DNA of 64,000 bases from Coraliomargaritaceae bacterium (GCA_965659965.1 CBFHXZ010000001.1:9049-73048); one strand, 5' to 3'. Positions 9,075 to 22,192 are shown, numbered from the stretch's first letter. The notes: a model not told the origin generated them from the sequence alone. Translations and numbers: made by a program.

Positions 9075-10685
9075 ATGCCGCACAACGTCGCCCATTTCCT
9101 CGCCGAGCAAGCCCGCCGCCGTCCCGCACAGGCCGCCGTGCGCGCGCCCGCAGGTCGCGACACAAACGGTGCAATCCGTTATCAGGAACGCAGCTTCGCC
9201 GAATTGGAAAACGAGGCCGCCGCCCTGGCTCATCACTTCCAAGCGCAGGGCATCCAACGCGGCACGCGGGTGCTCCTGATGGTGCGCCCGGGGCTCCACC
9301 TCATTCGCGCCGTCTTCGCCCTCTTTAAGATGGGCGCCGTTCCCATTGTCATTGATCCCGGGATGGGGCTCCGCCGTTTCCTCGCATGCGTGCAACATTC
9401 CAAACCGGAAACCCTTGTGGGAATTCCCGCCGCGCGAATCGTCGCCGCAATCGCCCGCCGCAGCTTTGCCGGGGTTCACATTCGTCTGGCTCCCAAACTC
9501 CCGCGCAATGCCCGTCAGGACGCCTTCCCCGTGGTTGATTCCGCGCCGAATGAACTCGCCGCCATTCTCTTTACCTCCGGTTCCACCGGCCCCGCCAAAG
9601 GCGTCTGCTACGAACACGGGATGTTTGCCGCGCAGGTCGAGGCCATCCGTTCGGGCTACGGCATCGAAGCGGGTGAAGTCGACCTCCCCATGCTTCCGGT
9701 CTTCGCCCTTTTCAATCCCGCCCTCGGTATGTGCACCGTGGTGCCCGAGATGAACCCCAGCCGACCCGCCACCGTCGCGCCTGAAAAAATAGTACAGGCC
9801 ATTCGCCAAAACAAAGTCACCAACAGTTTCGGCTCACCCGCTCTCTGGGCAAAAATCACCCGCCATTGCCGCGCCGGGGAAATCACCCTGCCCGGCGTAA
9901 AACGCATCCTTCTCGCGGGTGCCTCCGTCCCGCCCGCGCTCCTTGCTGAAATGCAAACAGTCTTCCCGGGCGCGGCACTCCACACCCCCTATGGCGCGAC
10001 CGAGGCCCTCCCGCTCTGCTCCATCGAGGCCTCCGAAATCCTCAACGAGACTGCCGTTCAAACCCGCTCCGGTGCGGGTTCCTGCGTGGGGCGTCCTCTC
10101 CCGGGAGTCGAGATCCGCATCATCGAACCCTCCGACGATCCTATCCCAGACCTGAACGCCACCCGTCCCTGCCCCGCCGGAGCGGTCGGCGAAATTATCG
10201 CGCACAGTCCCACCGCTACCCGCGCCTACGATCATTTACCCGAAGCCACCGCCCGCGCGAAAATCCAGGACGGCGAACGTTTTTGGCACCGCATGGGCGA
10301 CCTCGGAAAACTCGATGAAACGGGCCGCCTTTGGTTTTGCGGACGGCAGGTGGAAAAAGTGGAGACCCCCTCGGGCACCTGTTACCCCGATTGTTGTGAA
10401 GCCATCGTCAACCAACACCCCCGCGTTTTTCGCTCCGCCCTCATCGCCTACCGCGGGCATGCCGCCCTCGTCATCGAACCGGAAGCGGGGGCCTTTCCAA
10501 AGAACGCCCCTGACCGCCTTGCCTTTCAAAAAGAATTGCGTGAACTTTGTAACGAACAAGCCATGACCGCCGCCATTGACACCTTCTTTTTTCAGGAAAA
10601 ATTCCCCGTGGACGTGCGGCACAATGCCAAGATTCACCGACTCAGCCTGAGCCGGAAATGGAACACAAAGGAGGGGCGCGCATGA
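9075..10685 (+). CDS. AMP-dependent synthetase/ligase, OleC-like (olefin beta-lactone synthetase-like)
   Basis: Adenylate-forming P-loop LFTSGSTGPAKGV, YGATE, GEI..HSPT. The C-terminal FPVDVRHNAKIHR resembles OleC-type enzymes. Its stop overlaps the next start (ATGA at 10682..10685). Start set to the ATG at 9075. Confidence 0.7.
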   Translation: MPHNVAHFLAEQARRRPAQAAVRAPAGRDTNGAIRYQERSFAELENEAAALAHHFQAQGIQRGTRVLLMVRPGLHLIRAVFALFKMGAVPIVIDPGMGLRRFLACVQHSKPETLVGIPAARIVAAIARRSFAGVHIRLAPKLPRNARQDAFPVVDSAPNELAAILFTSGSTGPAKGVCYEHGMFAAQVEAIRSGYGIEAGEVDLPMLPVFALFNPALGMCTVVPEMNPSRPATVAPEKIVQAIRQNKVTNSFGSPALWAKITRHCRAGEITLPGVKRILLAGASVPPALLAEMQTVFPGAALHTPYGATEALPLCSIEASEILNETAVQTRSGAGSCVGRPLPGVEIRIIEPSDDPIPDLNATRPCPAGAVGEIIAHSPTATRAYDHLPEATARAKIQDGERFWHRMGDLGKLDETGRLWFCGRQVEKVETPSGTCYPDCCEAIVNQHPRVFRSALIAYRGHAALVIEPEAGAFPKNAPDRLAFQKELRELCNEQAMTAAIDTFFFQEKFPVDVRHNAKIHRLSLSRKWNTKEGRA

Positions 10686-11677
10686 AGGTGCTCGTCACCG
10701 GAGGTGGCGGGTTCGTAGGCCGTCATTTGATCAACCGCCTGCTGGCACGCGGTTACTCCGTGCGCAGTTTCGGACGGGCGGCGCAACCGGAATTGGAGGC
10801 GCAGGGGGTCGAGTGCCAACGCGGCGACCTCGGCGACGCGGAGGCGGTCACCTCGGCATGCGCGGGCATGGAGGCGGTTTTTCATGTGGCGGCAAAAGCA
10901 GGCATCTGGGGCAGTTGGGAAAGTTTTTATACGCCCAATGTTCAAGGCGCGCGCAACGTGGTGGCGGCCTGCCGCACGCACGGCATCGGGCGCCTGGTCT
11001 ATACCAGCACCCCCAGCGTTGTTTTTAACCGGACAGCTTTTTGCGGCGCGGATGAATCCCTCCCCTACGGTTCACGCTGGCTCTGCCACTACGCCCACAC
11101 CAAAGCCATCGCGGAAAAAGAAACCCTCGCCGCCAACAGCGCCAACCTGCAGGTGCTTGCTCTGCGCCCCCACCTCGTCTTTGGCCCGGGCGACCCCCAC
11201 CTCCTTACCCGCGTCGTTGAAAAAGCCCGCGCGGGACGTCTGCGTATCGTGGGTGGCGGACAGTCGCAGGTCGATGTGAGTTACGTCGGAAATGTCGCAG
11301 ACGCCCACCTCAACGCTCTCGATGCTCTCGATTCGGGCAAAACTGCGGGCAAAGCCTACTTTATTTCGCAAGGTGACCCCGTTGCACTTTGGCCATGGAT
11401 TAATAGCGTTCTGGAATCGCTCAACATGACCCCAATCACCCGAACTGTTCCCTTGCCCTTGGCATACTGCATCGGTGGTGCCTGTGAAGGCTTGTGGAAA
11501 ATCCTACGCCGCTCAGACGACCCGCCCATGACGCGCTTCGTCGCAGTTGAATTGGCAAAGGATCATTACTTTGACATCAGCGCCGCACGGCGGGATCTGG
11601 GCTACCAACCGCAAACCGATATGGCAACGGCGCTTGAAAAAACCGTCGCCGATTTGCGTGAGCGCGGACTCACCTAG
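10682..11677 (+). CDS. NAD(P)-dependent epimerase/dehydratase, 3-beta-HSD family (OleD-like reductase)
   Basis: Rossmann motif [16 protein letters not shown] and catalytic YAHTK (YxxxK). Translationally coupled to the upstream OleC-like gene. Confidence 0.7.
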   Translation: MKVLVTGGGGFVGRHLINRLLARGYSVRSFGRAAQPELEAQGVECQRGDLGDAEAVTSACAGMEAVFHVAAKAGIWGSWESFYTPNVQGARNVVAACRTHGIGRLVYTSTPSVVFNRTAFCGADESLPYGSRWLCHYAHTKAIAEKETLAANSANLQVLALRPHLVFGPGDPHLLTRVVEKARAGRLRIVGGGQSQVDVSYVGNVADAHLNALDALDSGKTAGKAYFISQGDPVALWPWINSVLESLNMTPITRTVPLPLAYCIGGACEGLWKILRRSDDPPMTRFVAVELAKDHYFDISAARRDLGYQPQTDMATALEKTVADLRERGLT

Positions 11678-13146
11678 GAATACCGTTTCCAGAGGCTTGG
11701 CGCAAAAAGCACCAACACCGCGTAGAGTTCCAAACGCCCGAGGATCATCAAGAGGCAAAGATACAGTTTCGTGATGCCGCGCAGGAAGTGGAAGTTTTCC
11801 GTGGGACCCACCGCATCGAAACCGGGCCCGATATTAAAGAGAGTCGATTGCACGCTTGAGAAGACCCCGATAAAACTGAGGTGCGGCTCGCTTGCCGAAA
11901 CGAAGAGCATGGAAATAATCTGCAGCGAAACCATAAGCAGGAGGAATATCCCCACGCTTTGTATAGCCGACTCGCTGAGCAGGCGCCCACCCATTCGGAC
12001 AGGTAGGGTGACGTTCGAACGAAAGGAATGGATGATACTCCGGGAAACCGCACGCAGGGCAATGACCACCCGTACGATCTTGATACCGCCAGCAGTTGAA
12101 CCGGAACAACCCCCAATAAACATTAGGATGATGAGTAGCATTTTGGCAGGCGGTAACCAGGCGTCAAAATCGGCCGAGGCGTAACCGGTGGTCGTCAAAA
12201 TGGAAGTCGCTTGGAAGGCGGCGGCGCGAATCATATCGTGATCCGGCAAATTGCCGTCGAGTTCCACAAGGTAAATCACAAGTAGCCCAACGCTTACCAA
12301 AAGAAAGCCGAAAAACCAAAAGACCTCCGAGAAACTACTCCGATTCGGCACGCGCCCACGAAGCACCCGAATCACTAAAATGAAAGTGGTCGCGCTCAAG
12401 AGCATGAAGAAAATTGCGATCCATTCCAGCAAGGGGCTGTTGAAATGCTCAAAGCTGGTCGCCTCGGTACTGAAACCTCCGGTGGCAACGGTGGTCATGG
12501 CATGATTCACCGCCTGAAACCAATCCATCCCCCCGAAACGGTAGGACAGCAGGCAGGCACCCGTGAGCGCGAGATAGTACAACAAGAGATGAAAGGCACC
12601 CCGTTGTACCCTCCCCTGCTTGAAATCCGAAGACGCGCCCGAGGATTCATTACTGAAAAGAATCTTGGCCCCGGCTCCCAGCGAGGAGAGAATCGCCACG
12701 AAGAAAACAACCACCCCGAGGCCGCCCGCCCATTGACTGAGCGAACGCCACAAAAGTAAACTCTTCGGGAATTCATGGAAGTTCGAAAACGCAGTTGCCC
12801 CGGTCGTGGTAAGTCCCGAGCAACTTTCAAATATCGCATCCGCGATTTCGCAATCCTCCACGATCAAGAGATAGGGCGTTGCTCCAACCAAAGTCGCGAG
12901 TATCCAGGAAATCCCAATCACACAAAGCGCTTCGCGGCGAAAAAGTTTTGACGTTCCCTGCCGCCCGATCCAATGCGCCAACAATGCCAGCACGAGGCTG
13001 ATGGCAATTGCGATACCAAATGCACGAGGCCCCCGATCCGCGAGGGTCTCACCGTTTAGCAAGCCCACTCCGCCACATAGGAGGAAGCCCCCGGCGAGCG
13101 CCAACAAGACCATCGTCAGCAGGCGGTATATAATTGCCGTGTTCAT
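11674..13146 (-). CDS. trkH: Trk-type K+ uptake protein TrkH
   Basis: 490-aa polytopic membrane protein with repeated selectivity-filter-like motifs ([34 protein letters not shown]). Confidence 0.85.
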   Translation of the reverse strand: MNTAIIYRLLTMVLLALAGGFLLCGGVGLLNGETLADRGPRAFGIAIAISLVLALLAHWIGRQGTSKLFRREALCVIGISWILATLVGATPYLLIVEDCEIADAIFESCSGLTTTGATAFSNFHEFPKSLLLWRSLSQWAGGLGVVVFFVAILSSLGAGAKILFSNESSGASSDFKQGRVQRGAFHLLLYYLALTGACLLSYRFGGMDWFQAVNHAMTTVATGGFSTEATSFEHFNSPLLEWIAIFFMLLSATTFILVIRVLRGRVPNRSSFSEVFWFFGFLLVSVGLLVIYLVELDGNLPDHDMIRAAAFQATSILTTTGYASADFDAWLPPAKMLLIILMFIGGCSGSTAGGIKIVRVVIALRAVSRSIIHSFRSNVTLPVRMGGRLLSESAIQSVGIFLLLMVSLQIISMLFVSASEPHLSFIGVFSSVQSTLFNIGPGFDAVGPTENFHFLRGITKLYLCLLMILGRLELYAVLVLFAPSLWKRYS

Positions 13147-13167
13147 AGTGCCAAAAATGCCTGAAGC

Positions 13168-14514
13168 CTAGAGGAGGTGCTCACGCAGTGCCGCTTCCTT
13201 GGCGGCGTCTACCAACACCAAAACGCGGTCGCCCGCCAGTATGGTATCATCCGCAGTCGGAACCTTTGCTTGAAATTTGTGTTGGAGCGCAACCACCAGG
13301 CAATTACTAGGCAGAGAAATCTCGCGTAATTTGCGACCGACCACCGGGCTTTCGTGCCCAATGCGAATTTGCAAAATACGCCCCCCGTCGGGGAATTGCG
13401 CCAATTCGAGCACTGCTTCATTGGAGAGACTCCGCTCCATAAAATCGGCAGTCGCCTTGCGGGGCGAGACCACCACTTCTATCCCCAGCATGGTTTTAAG
13501 AATGCCAAGCAATTGGTCATAATCGCCCTTGTTGATGACTAACTGAACGTGATCCGCGCCCAGTTTAACCGCCTGCAAACATGTCAAAATGTTGTCCTCA
13601 TCGTCCTTGGTGCAGGCCACAAAATAATCGGAGTCCCCGATTTGCTCTTCCTCAAGGAGGCGCAGCGAAGTCGCGTCACCGTGAATGACGGTGACCTCGG
13701 GGAAGGATTCCGCAAGCTCCCGGCATTGCTGAGGATCTTTTTCAATCACGCGAATCTTGAAACGGGGATTACTCAGGAGACGGATTAAACTGATGGCTGT
13801 TTCACTTCCGCCGTAGAGCACCACCCGCACCTGTTTCACCTTGTGCTTGGGGTCCAGTTTCTCACGCACTGCCAGGACAGACTCCGGGTGACCAAAAAGC
13901 GTGACCTTATCGCCTTCAAAAAGCATCGATTCCGCCTGCGCAACCTCACTCTTGCCCTCGCGCTGAATATACCCAACCCGAAGGCGCTCATCAAATTTCA
14001 CATCCTTTAATTTGCGACCGATGAGGCGGCTTTCCTTGGCAACTTTTTGTTGCTGTACCTCAATCTGACCCCGCGCGAAATTCTCAACCGCGAGGCGCCC
14101 GGCATTGCGGATGGTCTTGGCGAGTTCCACCGCGCAAATCGCCTCAGGGTTAACGAGGAGGTCGATCCCGAAATGGAGTTGATAATTGATAACAGAGTTA
14201 TCGCTATAAGTGCCGTCGTGAATACGGGCGATGGTTTGCTTTGCGCCGAGACCCTTGGCGAGCGAGCAGGAAATAATATTCGTGCGGTCGTCACTGGTCA
14301 TGGCAAGGAAGGCATCGCACTTTGCCACATCGACCTCCAACAACTGGCGCGCGGAGCTACCGTTGCCCCGAACGATGCGGGCGTTGTGCTCCTCATCCAT
14401 GCGTTCACACAGCTCCATTGATTGCTCAATCAGGCACACGTCGTGACCCGCTGCAGCTAGTGTAGCGGTAAGGTTGTGGCCGACTTCGCCGGCGCCCACA
14501 ATGATGATCTTCAT
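13168..14514 (-). CDS. trkA: Trk system K+ uptake protein TrkA (two tandem RCK/NAD-binding modules)
   Basis: [15 protein letters not shown], and a second Rossmann motif [15 protein letters not shown]. Adjacent to trkH. Start moved to the ATG at 14514. Confidence 0.85.
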   Translation of the reverse strand: MKIIIVGAGEVGHNLTATLAAAGHDVCLIEQSMELCERMDEEHNARIVRGNGSSARQLLEVDVAKCDAFLAMTSDDRTNIISCSLAKGLGAKQTIARIHDGTYSDNSVINYQLHFGIDLLVNPEAICAVELAKTIRNAGRLAVENFARGQIEVQQQKVAKESRLIGRKLKDVKFDERLRVGYIQREGKSEVAQAESMLFEGDKVTLFGHPESVLAVREKLDPKHKVKQVRVVLYGGSETAISLIRLLSNPRFKIRVIEKDPQQCRELAESFPEVTVIHGDATSLRLLEEEQIGDSDYFVACTKDDEDNILTCLQAVKLGADHVQLVINKGDYDQLLGILKTMLGIEVVVSPRKATADFMERSLSNEAVLELAQFPDGGRILQIRIGHESPVVGRKLREISLPSNCLVVALQHKFQAKVPTADDTILAGDRVLVLVDAAKEAALREHLL

Positions 14515-14634
14515 AACCGAAGTTGTTGATACAGAGGTAAGATTCGCACACAGCATGCGGAAAATGCCGCATTTTTCCAGAGCATTCTTTCAGCCCAAAA
14601 GCGGCGTTAAATGCGCCTTAAAACGGGGTATCCC

Positions 14635-15264
14635 TCAGGTTCCGCTCTTCAAAGCGCCTGTTCCGGTTTCCCGAAGCCCCACCGGCGCACCCAAAACTTC
14701 GCCATAGATAAAGGCCGCGCGCGCCGCGCCGGGATTGCGAAGCGCCAAACGTACCGGCCCTTTCAAACCCATACCGCCCGCGCGCGAAATCCGACTGCCT
14801 TGCCGCGCAAGCTTTTTGGTTGCCGCCGCACTCTGTGCCTTCAAGGCCGCCGCTCTTTTTCGCGTTGTCTCAATTTGCGCTAATTGCGCTTGCATGGCGT
14901 CCTCATACGTCGAAGCCGCAAGTTCCGGCTCTGGTGCCGCTGGAGGTTCCTGAGAGCGGGTTTCGTGGACCCGCTCATTGGTTTGCTTCGTGCGTTCACG
15001 CACCGCCCGCGCGGGTTTCGGTGGCGGTACCGGCATGGCGGGACTCGCAGGTGCCTCGCCCCGGCGTTCTGCAATCTTTCTGCGGATCTCTTCACGTACT
15101 TGACGCTGGCGCTCAGCCTGCTCTGGATCCACCTCCCGTTTCCGCTTTCGCGGCGCAGGTAATCCCTCGTCCGCTTCGTCTCCGGACTTCTTCGAGAGTA
15201 TGTTCCCAAAGAAATAAACCGCCGCAATGACGAGCGGAATAAGGATGTCGAAGAGGTCTTCCAT
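14635..15264 (-). CDS. hypothetical membrane-anchored Arg/Pro/Ala-rich protein (last gene of the floA operon)
   Basis: One N-terminal TM helix (LFDILIPLVIAAVYFFGNIL) followed by a charged, low-complexity region. It starts 33 nt after the floA stop. No recognisable domain. Confidence 0.45.
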   Translation of the reverse strand: MEDLFDILIPLVIAAVYFFGNILSKKSGDEADEGLPAPRKRKREVDPEQAERQRQVREEIRRKIAERRGEAPASPAMPVPPPKPARAVRERTKQTNERVHETRSQEPPAAPEPELAASTYEDAMQAQLAQIETTRKRAAALKAQSAAATKKLARQGSRISRAGGMGLKGPVRLALRNPGAARAAFIYGEVLGAPVGLRETGTGALKSGT

Positions 15265-15296
15265 GGGGATACTTCCGGAGCGTGGCAAGCGGGAGC

Positions 15297-16328
15297 TTAG
15301 CTGTTCTCCTCGCCCTTCGAAATGGAGTCGCGCATGTCGGTGTCTGCCTTGATGTTGTTCAGACGATAGTAATCCATCACGCCGAGGTTGCCGGAACGGA
15401 AAGCCTCAGCGAGAGCGAGCGGCACCTGTGCCTCCGCCTCAACGACCTTCGCATTCATTTCCTCAACCTTGGCTTTCATTTCCTGCTCGAGCGCCACCGC
15501 TGCTGCACGGCGCATTTCCGCCTTTGCCTGAGCGACATTTTTATCGGCCTCCGCCTGCGATTCCTGCAACTTGGCGCCGATATTTTCGCCCACATCCACA
15601 TCAGCGATATCGATTGAAAGAATTTCGAAGGCGGTGCCCACATCGAGCCCGCGGTCGAGCACCACCCGCGAGATGGTATCGGGTGATTCGAGCACCGTCT
15701 TGTAGGAATCGGAGGAACCGATGGTGGTCACAATGCCCTCACCCACCCGGGCGATGACTGTTTCCTCAAGAGCGCTGCCCACGTAATTGTCCAGATTGGA
15801 ACGCACCGTTACGCGGGCGCGGGCCTTCACCTGAATGCCGTCCTTGGCAACCCCGTCGATGGTGGAACGTCCGCTTTGCGGATTGGGGCATTCGATGACC
15901 TTGGGATTGATGGAGGTGCGCACCGCCTCGAGGACGGACTTACCCGTTCCCTTGGTGGCGAGGTCGATGGCGCAGGCGCGCTGCCAGTCGAGTTGGATGT
16001 TCGCCTTGTCGGCGGCGATCAACGCCTGAACGGTCTGAATGACGTTACCCTCGGCGAGGTAGTGCGCCTCGAGGTCATTGGAATTCAGGTTGATCCCGGC
16101 CTTCACCGCGGTGATGCGAGCATCCACAATCAAAGAGGCCGGCACCCCCCGCAGGCGCATGGCAACCAGCGTGGGAAAACCCACCGTTGCCCCCGCCAGC
16201 AGGGACTTCACGAAAAGACCAATGTAGGAGATGAAAACCAGCGCAAAGACGAGGACAGCAAGACCGAGAATCCCGAAGATGGCGAGTTGAAGGCCAGAGG
16301 CCATGAGGAGGGGTGTGATTATATTCAT
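15297..16328 (-). CDS. floA: flotillin-like protein FloA (YqfA/UPF0365)
   Basis: 343 aa with full-length FloA-like sequence ([64 protein letters not shown]). Confidence 0.9.
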   Translation of the reverse strand: MNIITPLLMASGLQLAIFGILGLAVLVFALVFISYIGLFVKSLLAGATVGFPTLVAMRLRGVPASLIVDARITAVKAGINLNSNDLEAHYLAEGNVIQTVQALIAADKANIQLDWQRACAIDLATKGTGKSVLEAVRTSINPKVIECPNPQSGRSTIDGVAKDGIQVKARARVTVRSNLDNYVGSALEETVIARVGEGIVTTIGSSDSYKTVLESPDTISRVVLDRGLDVGTAFEILSIDIADVDVGENIGAKLQESQAEADKNVAQAKAEMRRAAAVALEQEMKAKVEEMNAKVVEAEAQVPLALAEAFRSGNLGVMDYYRLNNIKADTDMRDSISKGEENS

Positions 16329-16789
16329 AATTTTTCGATGATAAGTTTAAAATTGTCTTGTGAGAGTACCGTCACGGCGACCCCTGCTTCGAGATAGCCA
16401 TCGCGGGCCTGCGCCTCATAGGTATGACCCTCGATTTCCACTCTGCCCGAGGGATTGAGACGAGTCAACGTCTTGCCGCATTTACCGATCATATCCTCCC
16501 ACGCCTGCGCGGGGTGACAGCCGCCCTCCACCGTTCGCGTAAGAAAAAAACGTTTTCCAAACCGCGTCTTCGCAAAGAGCCGGAATTCCAGCACCACCAG
16601 CACCAAGCCCACCAAAATGGAAGCCATAAATACCAAACTCGCAGTCACCCAGTCATACTCCAGGCCCGTTTGCACCGTCGCCGCGATAACGCAACCCGCC
16701 GCCAATAAACCCAAGAGCCCACCCGGCAACAAAACCTCCAAAAACAGCAACACCGACGCCGCTACTAAAAATCCCACAATCCAGATCAT
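16325..16789 (-). CDS. NfeD-family protein (short form: membrane N-terminus plus OB-fold C-terminus)
   Basis: Three TM segments, then [28 protein letters not shown] (NfeD C-terminal OB-fold pattern). It has 4-nt overlaps with both neighbours. Confidence 0.7.
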   Translation of the reverse strand: MIWIVGFLVAASVLLFLEVLLPGGLLGLLAAGCVIAATVQTGLEYDWVTASLVFMASILVGLVLVVLEFRLFAKTRFGKRFFLTRTVEGGCHPAQAWEDMIGKCGKTLTRLNPSGRVEIEGHTYEAQARDGYLEAGVAVTVLSQDNFKLIIEKL

Positions 16790-18198
16790 TCCTCTGCCGC
16801 CTCCACGATGACATTAAAATCCGAAACACCGAGCACCCGCACTCGGGCCCCCGTTTCCAAAGCACCCACTTCGCAACGCGCCGCATGCCGTACCCCCGCG
16901 ATCTCAATCTCGCCCACTGGATGCAGGGGTTTGCAAACCAACCCCGTCACGCCAATCAGTTCCGACTCCGATTCCGACGCCATGCGCGTGCCGCCACCCA
17001 CCGAGTCTTCCAGTACCAGTTGACGCTCAATCCAACTACCCTTCAAGAACCGCGCCATCAAAAGCGCACCGCCCACCGCAATCGCCAAACCATACATTAA
17101 TTGCATCAAGGGCTTCTCAAACATTTCCAGCGTGAAATCCATCTGCCCGCCAGGCCAATAATCCACCATCGCCCAGAGCAGGGAACCCATCATCAACAGC
17201 GCCCCCGCCAGCCCCGCAATGATAATCCCGGGCAAGAGCAATAACTCCACTAACACTAACAACAAACCCAGCAAAAACAGGAAGATCACCTCGTTCCCCG
17301 CCAAGCCCGCAATGTTTTGACTGATGAAAAACAACGCAATCAGCGCAATCCCTCCAATCCCGAAAATACCCCAACCAGGCGTCTTGAATTCAATGAACAA
17401 CAACAGCAAACCCAAACCCATCAAGGCCGGCGCAAAAGTCTGCATCCATTTCGCTAATTCCTCGGAATAAGTCACCTCAAACGCCTCAATCGTGTAACCC
17501 TCCACCCCGTAGCGCGACTCCAGCAAAGCCTCCACCGAGTCATGGATCCCCGCACCCAACAAAGGCTCCGGCGGGTCACCGTAGGTCTTCAACGCCTCCT
17601 CCGCCGTCAAAGTCAACAATTCCCCCGCGGGCTTAATCACCTCCTCACCGATCTTTAATTCAAAATCCGCGTCCATCATCGCACGAATGACCTCTGCCCG
17701 ATAAGGATACGCCGCACTCATTACCCGAATGTTTGCCCGCAAATAACTCTCGATCTTCTGCCGTGCCGTCTCGGGCACATCCTCACCCGTTCCCTGAATC
17801 ACCGCCGACGCTCCAATCTTTCCACGTGGCGAAAAATAAATCGCCTCCGTCGCCGCCGCGATAAAAGAACCTGCCGATATCGCGTCCTCATTCACGTAGG
17901 TCATCGTTTCACCCTCAAAACGATCCAATATTTCCATCATCTCCAGACACACATCCACCCGGCCCCCCGGCGTATCCATATCCAACACCACCGTATCCAC
18001 CTCATTCGCAATCGCCTCCTTAAGACCCCGCCGCAAAATAAACAGATTCGGAGAATCAATCGCCTCCGTGACCGGAATCACATATACCGAGACCGGATCC
18101 GCCTCAGGCATCACCGCCGAGGTTTCCACCGCCTCCTCCGCAGTTCCACCCAAAGCAAAACTGAACACCAGCACAGGAAGTAATAAGAAGTACATCAT
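16786..18198 (-). CDS. NfeD-family membrane-bound serine protease (ClpP/SppA-like N-domain)
   Basis: Signal peptide, DTPGGRVD and AISAGSFIA motifs (ClpP-class fold), four TM helices and a C-terminal OB-fold (GEIEIAGVRHAARCEVGALETGARVRVLG). Confidence 0.75.
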   Translation of the reverse strand: MMYFLLLPVLVFSFALGGTAEEAVETSAVMPEADPVSVYVIPVTEAIDSPNLFILRRGLKEAIANEVDTVVLDMDTPGGRVDVCLEMMEILDRFEGETMTYVNEDAISAGSFIAAATEAIYFSPRGKIGASAVIQGTGEDVPETARQKIESYLRANIRVMSAAYPYRAEVIRAMMDADFELKIGEEVIKPAGELLTLTAEEALKTYGDPPEPLLGAGIHDSVEALLESRYGVEGYTIEAFEVTYSEELAKWMQTFAPALMGLGLLLLFIEFKTPGWGIFGIGGIALIALFFISQNIAGLAGNEVIFLFLLGLLLVLVELLLLPGIIIAGLAGALLMMGSLLWAMVDYWPGGQMDFTLEMFEKPLMQLMYGLAIAVGGALLMARFLKGSWIERQLVLEDSVGGGTRMASESESELIGVTGLVCKPLHPVGEIEIAGVRHAARCEVGALETGARVRVLGVSDFNVIVEAAEE

Positions 18199-18345
18199 TA
18201 GAAACCTTTACAATGCCCGCCACAGCGTAAATTGCAAGCGCGGCCAACAAGGTAGCTTGGTTTCTGATGATTCTATCCCCAAATAGAAAAAACCACGAAT
18301 GCACACAAATACTCACCAATAAATCCATCATATCCAGTACGCTGC

Positions 18346-18600
18346 CCTGAGTCCGGCAGAGCCGGAAACCGCTCATTTTCGCTTATACCCGCTCATTCAA
18401 AAAACTATTAGTGTACATCAGCGTATATCAGCGGTCGCCAGCTCGGCTGGCTCTAGGTCAGGAATCAGGAGTAAGGAGCTGGAAGATAGCATTAAAGCAA
18501 CTACCAATCACACCGATCCTGCGAATGAATCCGGATCCTATCGGCGCGATTCGTGCAATTCGTAGTTTTAACCACAAGAAAAGCGGCAGGAGTGCCGCTT
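18346..18600. repeat. mosaic intergenic repeat (copy A of a dispersed family)
   Basis: Shares five modules with 55823..56082: an 18-nt exact core atcagcgtatatcagcgg (18417..18434 = 55927..55944); a 28-nt module 26/28 identical but inverted (18346..18373 vs 55940..55967); attcgtagtttt (18558..18569 = 55912..55923); cgcttat; and the hairpin aagcgRcaggagtgYcgcttccac. Confidence 0.7.
18573..18600 (-). terminator. Rho-independent terminator downstream of sdhB
   Basis: The minus strand reads AAGCGGCActccTGCCGCTTTTCTTGTGG: a perfect 8-bp stem, a 4-nt loop and a T-rich tail, 20 nt after the sdhB stop. Confidence 0.65.
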
Positions 18601-18620
18601 CCACTGTATCGAGCGTGGGG

Positions 18621-19382
18621 CTAGTTGACAGGTTCGAAAAGGTTTTTGACCTGTGCGCTGGTGTAGTCGCGGTTGAGCTGGGCGATCATGTCGAGGGCGA
18701 TGCCTTTGGGGCAGACGGCCTCGCATTCGCCGACGTTGGTGCAACCGCCGAAGCCTTCGCCGTCCATGGTGCTGACCATGGCGAGGGTGCGGCGGTCTTT
18801 CTCGACCTCACCCTGTGGAAGGTTGTTCATGTGGGTGACCTTGGCGGCGGTAAAGAGCATGGCGGAGGCGTTGGGACAGGCGGCGACGCAGGCCCCGCAA
18901 CCGATACAGGCGGCGGCATCCATGGCGGTATCGGCGGTCTGTTTGGGAATGGGGACGGCGTTGGCGTCGACGGCGCTTCCGGTACGGGCGGTGATGAATC
19001 CGCCGGACTGGATGATGCGGTCGAGGGGGGAACGGTCGACGACGAGGTCCTTAATGACGGGAAGGGGTTTGGCGCGCCAGGGCTCGATGGTGATGGTTTC
19101 ACCGTCTTTGAAGTGACGCATGTGAAGCTGGCAGGTGGTGGTCTGTTTTTCCGGGCCGTGGGGGATGCCGTTGATGGTGAGGGCACACATGCCGCAGATG
19201 CCTTCGCGGCAATCATGGTCAAAGGCGAGGGCTTCTTTGCCCTGCGCGACGAGTTGCTCGCAGAGGAGGTCGAGCATTTCGAGGAAGGAGGAATCCTCGG
19301 AGACGTCGTCGAGTTGATAGTCCTCAAAGCGGCCCTTGTCGAGGGGGCTCTTTTGTCGCCAGATGCGAAGGTTTAATTTCAT
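18621..19382 (-). CDS. sdhB: succinate dehydrogenase/fumarate reductase iron-sulfur subunit
   Basis: Three Cys clusters ([34 protein letters not shown]). Confidence 0.9.
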   Translation of the reverse strand: MKLNLRIWRQKSPLDKGRFEDYQLDDVSEDSSFLEMLDLLCEQLVAQGKEALAFDHDCREGICGMCALTINGIPHGPEKQTTTCQLHMRHFKDGETITIEPWRAKPLPVIKDLVVDRSPLDRIIQSGGFITARTGSAVDANAVPIPKQTADTAMDAAACIGCGACVAACPNASAMLFTAAKVTHMNNLPQGEVEKDRRTLAMVSTMDGEGFGGCTNVGECEAVCPKGIALDMIAQLNRDYTSAQVKNLFEPVN

Positions 19383-19405
19383 GATGGGTCGGGTTTTTTA
19401 AAAGT

Positions 19406-21349
<1,944 letters not shown>

Positions 21350-21370
21350 GGCTGCGGCAAATCGGACGAA

Positions 21371-22192
<822 letters not shown>

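Noticed and set aside
11543-11552. Additional GTTGAA-containing matches inside coding regions (e.g. gcagttgaat in the OleD-like gene, and near 1165, 4521, 12441, 21285 and 38344)
   Set aside because: Only the hexamer is shared. These matches lie inside ORFs, or in one case in the tRNA scar region, and lack the flanking TTR...KRT positions and the fixed distance to a start codon. I did not count them as motif sites.
14558-14590. Plus-strand hairpin ATGCGG-aaaatg-CCGCAT followed by TTTTT, between trkA and the floA-operon tail
   Set aside because: All neighbouring genes are on the minus strand, where the hairpin has no U-tract. The stem is only 6 bp. That is insufficient to call a terminator or regulatory element.
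18104-18376. ORFs 18104..18376 (minus) and 55829..56290 (plus) share the peptide SGFRLCRT
   Set aside because: The shared peptide is just the translation of the 28-nt repeat module in two loci. Both ORFs otherwise overlap real genes or intergenic repeats and have no coding signature.
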